A stretch of 57,207 nt of DNA, taken from Glycera tridactyla (taxonomy: Eukaryota). The DNA lies in the NCBI GenBank assembly GCA_965644265.1, contig OZ286462.1:14514794-14572000 (forward strand), read 5' to 3'. Positions 36,988 through 49,462 of the stretch are shown piece after piece (positions within the stretch are counted from its first letter, which is position 1; each line of letters begins with the position of its first letter). The position numbers were made by a program, and so were the translations under genes. The notes below the pieces were generated by a model. The model did not search any database, was not told the DNA's origin, and saw nothing but the letters and a program-made list of their open reading frames with translations.

Positions 36988-39900
36988 CTATCTACATCAT
37001 GCAGGCACACACATTGATTCTCAATCTGTGAGCAGCTCGTAGTTTGAACGATTGAGGCGGATTATACGTCCGCTAGGGCCACTGTTTTGGAATCATTTGC
37101 TGGTAATTTAGTGGGCTTTTCACGCCTCATCGACACTGGTCAGTGTTATCTAGACATATATCCTTCATCAATGGTGTGTCAGAACTATAATTATCCCCTC
37201 CAGTGCTACTTGGCCGGATGGTCGTGAGGGAATGTTTGGTGCCAATCAGAAGGGTGGGTTAGTTTGCATGTGATTTGCTGGAGATATGTAGAATGGGGAT
37301 AGTATGATTTCATCAAGGAAGGCTATATTCAAGAAGCGTAGCCCACTGTTGAGAACCTGCCGCAGTTCGAGCAAATATATGCCTAATAGCAGTCTGAAAG
37401 AGTGAGCTCTCTCTATCATGGCATTTGACATGCGGCCATCAGCTATATAACTTGTCTGAATGTTGCACTGGAGTGTCACATGTATCATATAGATGAAAAA
37501 ACATACACATGCAAATATATAGACGAGGCAAGAGTAATATATCATGGAGAATCTTGCATATAAGGCAGTCATAAGAAATATGTATACGGAGCTGAAGCTG
37601 GCGAATTCTTTAGTGAATTCCCTAGTTTTGATTTTCAGCAGGGGTGGTGATATCGGACATGTTGGCTTCTAGGTTATATATCTCACCTTCTCTCCATCGA
37701 TAATGGAGCCGTCAACAATGGTTGATACCTCTCGCCATGAAGCTATATTTGTTACTCATAGTGCAGGTCATTCCTATTTTTGGTAAATCTCAACATTGAT
37801 AAATACTGTGTAAGTCATTTATCTTGTCCAGTCTTGCCTGAGCCCCGCTTCCAGTCATATGCCGGTCTTCATGAAATATATCTCTGAACCTTCTTGTAGT
37901 TATATGAGAAAATATTACATTGTCGTTTCGGAGTGTTCACTGGAATTGTCAAGAATAGCCGGATATTTTCGGTGCCAACGACCAACAGGGAACAGTACAT
38001 CAACCATCACCATTGAGACCATGCAAAGTATGTACAAGTACAGAATATTATCTTCGGTAGTATATGGCATTTGGTGAGTCAACTCGCACAGTGCGTATGT
38101 CCTGGAAGTAGAGGGAGGGGATCGAATGGCATGTTAAACAAAAAGAATGATAGTTGGTAGGGGATAGTAGTTGCCCATGTATAACGGAGAGGGCCGCTAT
38201 TTGTTTCCTTAGGATAAGTGTACGTTCATAGATATACTTCGGATTACTACATGCTTCTGTGTTGGGAAAGGGTGGATGAGGAACATCTCAAAAAGTGTTG
38301 ATATTTTCAAAGTGATGCTTCAGATCTTAGGTCTTCCCAAATAGGTAACGCTCAGTATACGGGGCTGCTATGACTGCTATCAAATCTATGATCTTGCTTT
38401 TGTAACACCGTACCCCTCCCACGTACCCCTCCCACCTTACAAATTAGCACCCCCATGCCTGATCACCTGTGCTCGAACTTCACAATAATAGTGAAAAAAT
38501 TCACGCTGGATGGACCTCTCCCCATAACGGCGACACCATCCATCTGGTGGAAGGTTCCATAACCAACACTAAGCGGTCATCATATCATGGCTTATCATAG
38601 GATAAACACAGGATAGGATTATCTGCTAGCCCGAAAACGTCGAATTGTACTCAGAATTCTACATATCGAGTTGCATGCCCCCCCCCCCCCTGATCTTTCC
38701 GGGAGGATATCAAGAGTTCCTGGATACAAAAAGAATGTTCTGCATCATACCCGATACAGTGGGACACCGGCTTACCTAGCTTTTCCTATCCGTCCTGCAT
38801 TAGTTGCAAAATATCAAGTCCAACTTGTTTCTGGGGTCCAGCCAACATCGACCAACTACCACAAAATGTACATTCTTATTCAGAAAGGGAGAGGAAAAAA
38901 ACGTACCCATCTATAATTGTCTGCATTTAGTGTGAATTAGAAAGTGATTCAGCACTGCCGTGATTGATGTGCAATGCGACTTAGAGGAGAATTGGTGCAT
39001 TTTTCCGAGGTGGCTTCATGGAGGGAATGAAGTGAGATTGATTGTCTCACTGTTTTGGCCTCAATGGCATGTCCGAACCAAATGGTGGATCACATATTAT
39101 TCTCAAGGCCTGTGAAAGCTTGAGATATATCGTAGTTGGTCTGAATTGAATGTAGTATTCGGTGGGTACAACCTCAACAGTCATTACCAACATATAGGGC
39201 CAACCAATCGTTATTGTATCACCCACTTCTCACTATTTTCAGTCACTTGAGCAAAGGATGTTTTGGGGGGGTATCTTGTGAGTTCTCATGAAATCGCTGT
39301 TCATTCTTCGATGCATACCCATTCACATATGCTGCGTTGAGTTTGAATTAGATGGAAATACTACAGTCATTTTATCTACAGCTCGATAAATTGGTCAAGC
39401 CGAATCCCTATGCAAATAGCAATCTTTCGCACGTACGAACTTTCACGAAATATGTCTCTTCTGGTGTGATTTATGGGCATACCATATGAGAGTGACAGCA
39501 TCTCATTTATGTGGGATTATAGTGAAATAAGTCTGAGATCGGTTCATCAGGTAGCACGTGTCACGGATTATTCCACGGCACATGCGTGATGAGAGGTGTC
39601 TTCCCCTAACATCAGGCTGATGAGACAGATTGGAATATTAAATGTCGTTTATATGCTCTGCAGTCACAAACCAAAGAGGCAAAGGAAGGACTTGCCATAT
39701 TTACATCAAGGGCAATTCAATGAGGTATCTACTGGGGGGGGGGGGGTTATCCCTAGTTGCAACTAATACAGTTCCAATTTGTTTGATGGATGACCTGTAC
39801 AACAATACATTTAAAACCTGCTAGAGATAGGCGTAGTCTTTCATACTGGTTGATTTGTACTAAGAGTTCCAGGCATAATGCTGAAAATTGAAATGCAATA

Positions 39901-40020
39901 ATAATATTTTGCCAGTGAGTAATTTGATTAGTGAATAATGATTGAGGTGAACAGTGGATTCGCTGTACTTCAACACACACAGATGATGACTTATCGAGTT
40001 GAGTGTTCCGATTCTTCATC

Positions 40021-40066
40021 TTTCTTTCTTTCTTTCTTTTTTTGGGGTGGGGTGGGGTGGGGTGGG
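40021..40066 (+). repeat. (TTTC)n tract followed by a (GGGGT)4GGG G-quadruplex motif (second copy 48281-48326)
   Basis: tttctttctttctttctttttttggggtggggtggggtggggtggg. Confidence 0.85.
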
Positions 40067-40962
40067 CACATGGAATCACACGATATAATGGGGGTGATAG
40101 ACACTGAGAGTGGGAGTCAGCTTATCGCAAGAGTCACCTTTTGCCAATACAATTAAATACGTCGATATAAGTATCCGCAACTAAATGATTTTATCCTCTG
40201 GGAAGGATCCGATTTCAAGAGGCCGAACTGGGTAGCTGCTCAAAATTGATTGTATATTGTTTTGTTATATCACAGTCAGGCTCACAACGTCAAGAGGTTC
40301 CATGATATATTTATCTCACACGTGATCCCCGATTATACGTAATCATCACCTAAATGATTATTCACAAGATTACAACTATACGTCATTGTAAGCTACCAAA
40401 CATATTCATTTCATTTCAAAACATGGGTCCATCACGCTTACATGTACAACTGTTTATGGACTAGGATCATCATCAGCATTGTCTTTCGATGATCACGTTG
40501 TTGGATCTGATATCTTGGGCCTAAAGGATAGGCGTGAACAGCCTCTCTGAATGATTATACCATTGCCGGCATCAGCGATGAGATGATCACGATGCACTGA
40601 GAGTGACCTCTGGGCACACCATCGCCAAAGTCTATTGTTGCCATCTCTAGACCAGATTGTGCAGGAAAACTCTTGGTAGCTATCAACTAAAGAGGACATT
40701 CACCACAGTAAAGAAGGATAACATGTTCTGCTTCTGAATCATACTTTTTAGGGTCGTGGGTCGCAATTATGAAAGGATGCAATACTTGTTCTCCAGCATT
40801 ACGAGATAAAATGTGGAAATGTGAGAAGTGGCGTGGCATCTGAAGGCTCTGACGAGAAGCCTTGGTCGATTTTCAAAATCTATAGCTGTCGAATTTTATG
40901 ACAGAAAATGAGCTGATGTAATTACTCTCCAAAATGAGCCATCTAACTCGATCTGTTTCTTG

Positions 40963-41010
40963 GAAGGCGATAGGCTGAAGGCGATAGGCTGAAGGCGATA
41001 GGCTGAAGGC
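40963..41010. repeat. 14-bp tandem repeat GAAGGCGATAGGCT x3.4 (second copy 49223-49270)
   Basis: Three perfect units ending ~40 bp before the N gap. Confidence 0.92.
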
Positions 41011-41049
41011 TGACTCACCTGATTGTCACCTGTCTGCCGGATATCGTGA

Positions 41050-41202
41050 NNNNNNNNNNNNNNNNNNNNNNNNNNNNNNNNNNNNNNNNNNNNNNNNNNN
41101 NNNNNNNNNNNNNNNNNNNNNNNNNNNNNNNNNNNNNNNNNNNNNNNNNNNNNNNNNNNNNNNNNNNNNNNNNNNNNNNNNNNNNNNNNNNNNNNNNNNN
41201 NN
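41050..41202. other. Assembly gap (153 N), within duplication copy 1
   Basis: N run with the same length and flanks as 49310-49462. Confidence 0.99.
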
Positions 41203-44200
41203 TGGCCACCTGGCGCCAGCTAATTGCGATACTACTTGCTAATTGGAGCTTCGACAACATTTGGTCAGTCGCACCTGGAATTCACATGATCATTTCCCAT
41301 CTATCTGAAGACATCAAATGAATTATCCCAACACAGTCATGAATATGACCATTTTAATTACAGGTATGACTTATCACAGCAAAAGTTCATAGTAAGGCTC
41401 AACTGCAATTATCACATGATGTCGTTTTGACTTTATTGTGGGTGGAAGGAACCCTCGTGCATCTCATATGTTGAGAAATCATCTCTTTGATATGGAATGG
41501 GATTCTGGGAATTTTGTCGAGATTTCGAACACAGTCTCACAAAGTATCATTTTGTTATATTCAGCCTAAAAAGTACATTACGGCTAATTTGCTTGTTAAA
41601 TCGAAACGATATATCAGCCCCATGCCTAGTGGCACGTGATCATTAGATTTGGGTATTGTCATATGACATCAACACAATGATGGCAATGAGATGTGCAATG
41701 ATGTGATTGACCAATTGAATCAGTGATAAGATATGTTCCGATACACCTTATATCTTCGTGATCTTCCAATCAATCTGACATATTGCATACAATGATGTTC
41801 ACTGGTTGAATGCTCACCATTTTCACTGACCCATAAGTCCAGCAAAATTAGCACTTCTTATTTTATATTGTGATGGCCTCTTGGTAAACTCGGTATTAAG
41901 AGCTCACACTTGAACACACAATTGAACTGAGACCTCAAATCTCAATTCGAAATGTTAGTTTGTTTGTTTGACTATCATGGCTGATCCCAGTTAGGTACCA
42001 CTGTCAGAGCCTGAAGGTTCTGATCTTCCCATCGCTGCTGTCAGCTATTTACGGGTGATTGGTCTGATCTTGGCGAGGTGTAACCTGCTGCATGTGATTG
42101 AATTTTGAACCTCCTCTCTTGTGCTTGCATGTATGTGTATGCTGAGAAGGGGTATCAGTGTAACTGGTTTTCGTAGTCATTTATCATAGTGCCACTGCTA
42201 ACCTGGTGCCATTGTTTCTAGATCCCAGGGAGGTGCTCACACCACCACCCAGCCCTGGTGGTGTGTAGCTCATGCCTTTTTCCGTGCTACGAGCTCCATT
42301 TGCCGATACGGTTAACAAATGCCTTCAACTAGTAGACACGGGTTGTTGATACCCACATTTTGAAGTATTAGTTTTCAAGTCATAGCAGAATTCATGCGGC
42401 CCTTATAATACCGGTATGTGGGATCAGAGCGGAATCAAGCTAACTGACAGACTTTGCTTGCACCTCCAGCGATGAAGTCTCTCCTCATATTCGACCCCAG
42501 CTTGTCGGTCATCTCATTCTCATTGCTTGCTTTGAGGGGGTGGCGTTCGTATGAAGCATACGTCCGCCTGTCCACAATTTCACGCGGGAAGAGGAGCCAA
42601 TGATGTCGGCAGAGTCACAGAGTGAATGCGATCAAAATGTGATTGATTGAGAAATTGCAACTCTTGCATGTGGAACCGAAGCATTACATACTGATTTGAT
42701 ATACACTCAAAGCCTTCTGTGAAGACCATCAAAAAGTGGCCTTCATAGGGAGGTGGTTCAGGCGGTCTTTACAGGGAGGTGGACTTTAGAGGAGTTCAAC
42801 AGTACTACAATCATATGACTGGTGACGCAGAATCATAATGATTTTTCACCGGCATACGTAGGTGATCACTTTGCATATTATTTGGATGCTTAGTCATGAC
42901 ATCTTACGGGTTACTCCACTAATGAAATCCAATGAAATATCAGACAAATCACTTCAAATGTTATTATTCACGAATGATTGATACGTGACTGTGACGTAAC
43001 TTAGGGGAGTTCGTATATTTGTGACGCAATCAAAGTACATGTGACGCAATGAAGCTATCTTGCCGGTTGGCAATTAGGAACCGCCCTAATTTAATTGTAG
43101 TCATGTACACCGACATGACATAACAATAACTCATCAAGCTCCGAAAGTACCAATTACAACCACTGTCACTCATGGGAATTATATAATATCTAGAGAAATT
43201 ACTTCATCATTCGCAGGCTGATGCATGATATGAGTTGACACATCCACCTGAGAAATCCGATATTTCCTGGCATGAAGTCTCCTGAAGATCAATGAGAAAA
43301 ATTGAGCTAATAAGTCATTTTGCAGTCGGTAATCCGTAGTAGAATCCAAATTACCATCTTGTCAACGCTCGAGTAGCTTTATTGTCGGAGCTAGAGAGTG
43401 ATTCGATGTGCAGATCCATCACTCTCTCTGCAGACAGGACACTAAAACTTGAATGTGCAAATTCAATTCATCTTATATCAATCAGAAGAAGTCGAAGGAG
43501 TGTAGTTAACGAAGAAAGCATACCATCTCAAAGTATTTGGATGATAAGGGTCATTTCACGACTTCTAGTTGTGGGGATTCATATTCCAAGCTGGCTCTGA
43601 GACGGACGTCGAATTTAATTTGATTTGATTCGATTTTCCTCATTTCAGTTCGTCCTTCATACAATGTATATACAGTTACCCTATCCTGGGGTGTTCTTAG
43701 GTGGATAAATACAGTATGCAATATATGATGGAAGAATCTGGCTTGACATCAGAGTCTAAGAAATCACCAAAGTGATATTGTAAAAAAACACCCAAACATG
43801 TATTGAAGGAATGAGTGATTGGTCACATCTCTGTTGTAACTTCAAGCAGCACAAATCGGGATGGTTCATATCATTCCGCTGAAAAGGTGCTTGATTATAG
43901 GGAGAAGTACTGCCCGGGTGTGATCGGCGTTTTTCCCAAAGAGGTGCGCCGACAGCCGCCCGTCAGACCGAGTTGGGAGAAAAACAAGCCAATCACACCC
44001 GGCTAATACTTCTTACTTTTCTCTCACGACTTTATCGATATTATTAGGAAGAAATGTAACATGATTATCAAAAAGAGAGATGTCAACTGAGCCGCTGCCG
44101 CCGTAGCCGGCGAAGTGTCTGCTTGTGTTGCGAGAGGCCTGTCGCAGACGATCCAAAACTAGGGTTTAAATGAGTTTGTTTGTTTCGATGAATTAACTAA

Positions 44201-44901
44201 AAATATTGCTTTCAATATTGATAAATCTACTATCGAGAATGGAATAATATCTTTTGTCGGACTTGCAACATGTTCATTCGTGAAAATAATGGTCAACAGC
44301 GGGTAAAAAGCTTGTTTTGGTGCATTCGTTCGTTCCAATTGATTGCCGGCAGCTGCGGCGTAAACAAATCACGCTCGGCAATTGGCAATGTTCGGCACAC
44401 ACCCAGAAATAGCCGAGTCGGGTGATCACTTTCAGCAGGGTGTGATCTTGATGATTAACTATGACCGCGCGCGCTCGATCGGCGCTACCACGTCCGACAC
44501 ACAAGTGTTGGCGGAGGACGTGGTAGCGCCGAGCAAGCAGCGCGGGAGGGGTTAATCATAGTTCTTCCACACCATTATTGAATGATAAATGTCTAAATAA
44601 CACTGATCACTGCTGATTAATTCCGAAAAACCTGTAAACTTGTCAGAATATAGCCAGGAAAACAGACAACATTGAATATGTGTATGGGTCTGATATCACC
44701 AGGATAGGGTTGAGATGAGTTAACTCTCCAAAAAGAAATCGAGTCACATCATGATAGATCTTAATCAAAATATGAACAAACATATCAAACTGTGAGTTTA
44801 TTGTGAAATGACTGAGAAAATATGTTTAATCGAGAGTACTCCAATCTGAATAATCATGCATACAGAGTAGCGGCTCTGTCGGCGAAACAGAGAACTAGGA
44901 A

Positions 44902-45247
44902 GGAGGACCGGGGTCGCGCTACCACAGTCCTTGAGCACTATCTTACATGCCATGAGCATACCCCCTCCGAACCTCGGCGGGAGATGCGACGACGTGGAGG
45001 GAGTGGGCCCACTAACGATCACAGCGCAAGAGGACTGTAATCCGCTCTGGCGTGGTAGAACACCGTGTTCTACCACGCCAGAGCGGACCACAGTCCTACG
45101 GTGCTGTGATCTCGAGTGGGCGCACTCTCTCTGGGATGTCAGCAGCCGGCTGGCAATTGTGGCTCTTCTCGCAAAAGTTCGGAGGGAGTGTGCGCATTGA
45201 ATGTAAGTTCGCGTGGGAGTACTGTGGTAGCGCGACCCCGGTCCTCC
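44902..45247. mobile_element. Foldback/MITE-like 346-bp palindrome (copy 2, carried by the duplication)
   Basis: Same sequence as 36642-36987 at offset 8260. Confidence 0.8.
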
Positions 45248-48200
45248 CTATCTACATCATGCAGGCACACACATTGATTCTCAATCTGTGAGCAGCTCGT
45301 AGTTTGAACGATTGAGGCGGATTATACGTCCGCTAGGGCCACTGTTTTGGAATCATTTGCTGGTAATTTAGTGGGCTTTTCACGCCTCATCGACACTGGT
45401 CAGTGTTATCTAGACATATATCCTTCATCAATGGTGTGTCAGAACTATAATTATCCCCTCCAGTGCTACTTGGCCGGATGGTCGTGAGGGAATGTTTGGT
45501 GCCAATCAGAAGGGTGGGTTAGTTTGCATGTGATTTGCTGGAGATATGTAGAATGGGGATAGTATGATTTCATCAAGGAAGGCTATATTCAAGAAGCGTA
45601 GCCCACTGTTGAGAACCTGCCGCAGTTCGAGCAAATATATGCCTAATAGCAGTCTGAAAGAGTGAGCTCTCTCTATCATGGCATTTGACATGCGGCCATC
45701 AGCTATATAACTTGTCTGAATGTTGCACTGGAGTGTCACATGTATCATATAGATGAAAAAACATACACATGCAAATATATAGACGAGGCAAGAGTAATAT
45801 ATCATGGAGAATCTTGCATATAAGGCAGTCATAAGAAATATGTATACGGAGCTGAAGCTGGCGAATTCTTTAGTGAATTCCCTAGTTTTGATTTTCAGCA
45901 GGGGTGGTGATATCGGACATGTTGGCTTCTAGGTTATATATCTCACCTTCTCTCCATCGATAATGGAGCCGTCAACAATGGTTGATACCTCTCGCCATGA
46001 AGCTATATTTGTTACTCATAGTGCAGGTCATTCCTATTTTTGGTAAATCTCAACATTGATAAATACTGTGTACGTCATTTATCTTGTCCAGTCTTGCCTG
46101 AGCCCCGCTTCCAGTCATATGCCGGTCTTCATGAAATATATCTCTGAACCTTCTTGTAGTTATATGAGAAAATATTACATTGTCGTTTCGGAGTGTTCAC
46201 TGGAATTGTCAAGAATAGCCGGATATTTTCGGTGCCAACGACCAACAGGGAACAGTACATCAACCATCACCATTGAGACCATGCAAAGTATGTACAAGTA
46301 CAGAATATTATCTTCGGTAGTATATGGCATTTGGTGAGTCAACTCGCACAGTGCGTATGTCCTGGAAGTAGAGGGAGGGGATCGAATGGCATGTTAAACA
46401 AAAAGAATGATAGTTGGTAGGGGATAGTAGTTGCCCATGTATAACGGAGAGGGCCGCTATTTGTTTCCTTAGGATAAGTGTACGTTCATAGATATACTTC
46501 GGATTACTACATGCTTCTGTGTTGGGAAAGGGTGGATGAGGAACATCTCAAAAAGTGTTGATATTTTCAAAGTGATGCTTCAGATCTTAGGTCTTCCCAA
46601 ATAGGTAACGCTCAGTATACGGGGCTGCTATGACTGCTATCAAATCTATGATCTTGCTTTTGTAACACCGTACCCCTCCCACGTACCCCTCCCACCTTAC
46701 AAATTAGCACCCCCATGCCTGATCACCTGTGCTCGAACTTCACAATAATAGTGAAAAAATTCACGCTGGATGGACCTCTCCCCATAACGGCGACACCATC
46801 CATCTGGTGGAAGGTTCCATAACCAACACTAAGCGGTCATCATATCATGGCTTATCATAGGATAAACACAGGATAGGATTATCTGCTAGCCCGAAAACGT
46901 CGAATTGTACTCAGAATTCTACATATCGAGTTGCATGCCCCCCCCCCCTGATCTTTCCGGGAGGATATCAAGAGTTCCTGGATACAAAAAGAATGTTCTG
47001 CATCATACCCGATACAGTGGGACACCGGCTTACCTAGCTTTTCCTATCCGTCCTGCATTAGTTGCAAAATATCAAGTCCAACTTGTTTCTGGGGTCCAGC
47101 CAACATCGACCAACTACCACAAAATGTACATTCTTATTCAGAAAGGGAGAGGAAAAAAACGTACCCATCTATAATTGTCTGCATTTAGTGTGAATTAGAA
47201 AGTGATTCAGCACTGCCGTGATTGATGTGCAATGCGACTTAGAGGAGAATTGGTGCATTTTTCCGAGGTGGCTTCATGGAGGGAATGAAGTGAGATTGAT
47301 TGTCTCACTGTTTTGGCCTCAATGGCATGTCCGAACCAAATGGTGGATCACATATTATTCTCAAGGCCTGTGAAAGCTTGAGATATATCGTAGTTGGTCT
47401 GAATTGAATGTAGTATTCGGTGGGTACAACCTCAACAGTCATTACCAACATATAGGGCCAACCAATCGTTATTGTATCACCCACTTCTCACTATTTTCAG
47501 TCACTTGAGCAAAGGATGTTTTGGGGGGGTATCTTGTGAGTTCTCATGAAATCGCTGTTCATTCTTCGATGCATACCCATTCACATATGTTGCGTTGAGT
47601 TTGAATTAGATGGAAATACTACAGTCATTTTATCTACAGCTCGATAAATTGGTCAAGCCGAATCCCTATGCAAATAGCAATCTTTCGCACGTACGAACTT
47701 TCACGAAATATGTCTCTTCTGGTGTGATTTATGGGCATACCATATGAGAGTGACAGCATCTCATTTATGTGGGATTATAGTGAAATAAGTCTGAGATCGG
47801 TTCATCAGGTAGCACGTGTCACGGATTATTCCACGGCACATGCGTGATGAGAGGTGTCTTCCCCTAACATCAGGCTGATGAGACAGATTGGAATATTAAA
47901 TGTCGTTTATATGCTCTGCAGTCACAAACCAAAGAGGCAAAGGAAGGACTTGCCATATTTACATCAAGGGCAATTCAATGAGGTATCTACTGGGGGGGGG
48001 GGGGGGTTATCCCTAGTTGCAACTAATACAGTTCCAATTTGTTTGATGGATGACCTGTACAACAATACATTTAAAACCTGCTAGAGATAGGCGTAGTCTT
48101 TCATACTGGTTGATTTGTACTAAGAGTTCCAGGCATAATGCTGAAAATTGAAATGCAATAATAATATTTTGCCAGTGAGTAATTTGATTAGTGAATAATG

Positions 48201-49309
48201 ATTGAGGTGAACAGTGGATTCGCTGTACTTCAACACACACAGATGATGACTTATCGAGTTGAGTGTTCCGATTCTTCATCTTTCTTTCTTTCTTTCTTTT
48301 TTTGGGGTGGGGTGGGGTGGGGTGGGCACATGGAATCACACGATATAATGGGGGTGATAGACACTGAGAGTGGGAGTCAGCTTATCGCAAGAGTCACCTT
48401 TTGCCAATACAATTAAATACGTCGATATAAGTATCCGCAACTAAATGATTTTATCCTCTGGGAAGGATCCGATTTCAAGAGGCCGAACTGGGTAGCTGCT
48501 CAAAATTGATTGTATATTGTTTTGTTATATCACAGTCAGGCTCACAACGTCAAGAGGTTCCATGATATATTTATCTCACACGTGATCCCCGATTATACGT
48601 AATCATCACCTAAATGATTATTCACAAGATTACAACTATACGTCATTGTAAGCTACCAAACATATTCATTTCATTTCAAAACATGGGTCCATCACGCTTA
48701 CATGTACAACTGTTTATGGACTAGGATCATCATCAGCATTGTCTTTCGATGATCACGTTGTTGGATCTGATATCTTGGGCCTAAAGGATAGGCGTGAACA
48801 GCCTCTCTGAATGATTATACCATTGCCGGCATCAGCGATGAGATGATCACGATGCACTGAGAGTGACCTCTGGGCACACCATCGCCAAAGTCTATTGTTG
48901 CCATCTCTAGACCAGATTGTGCAGGAAAACTCTTGGTAGCTATCAACTAAAGAGGACATTCACCACAGTAAAGAAGGATAACATGTTCTGCTTCTGAATC
49001 ATACTTTTTAGGGTCGTGGGTCGCAATTATGAAAGGATGCAATACTTGTTCTCCAGCATTACGAGATAAAATGTGGAAATGTGAGAAGTGGCGTGGCATC
49101 TGAAGGCTCTGACGAGAAGCCTTGGTCGATTTTCAAAATCTATAGCTGTCGAATTTTATGACAGAAAATGAGCTGATGTAATTACTCTCCAAAATGAGCC
49201 ATCTAACTCGATCTGTTTCTTGGAAGGCGATAGGCTGAAGGCGATAGGCTGAAGGCGATAGGCTGAAGGCTGACTCACCTGATTGTCACCTGTCTGCCGG
49301 ATATCGTGA

Positions 49310-49462
49310 NNNNNNNNNNNNNNNNNNNNNNNNNNNNNNNNNNNNNNNNNNNNNNNNNNNNNNNNNNNNNNNNNNNNNNNNNNNNNNNNNNNNNNNNNNN
49401 NNNNNNNNNNNNNNNNNNNNNNNNNNNNNNNNNNNNNNNNNNNNNNNNNNNNNNNNNNNNNN
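49310..49462. other. Assembly gap (153 N), within duplication copy 2
   Basis: N run. Confidence 0.99.

Larger units (their letters stand above)
34050..42309. repeat. 8,260-bp tandem duplication, copy 1
   Basis: GGTTAACAAATGCCTTCAAC starts at 34050 and 42310; the ORF track repeats with an 8260 offset. Confidence 0.98.
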
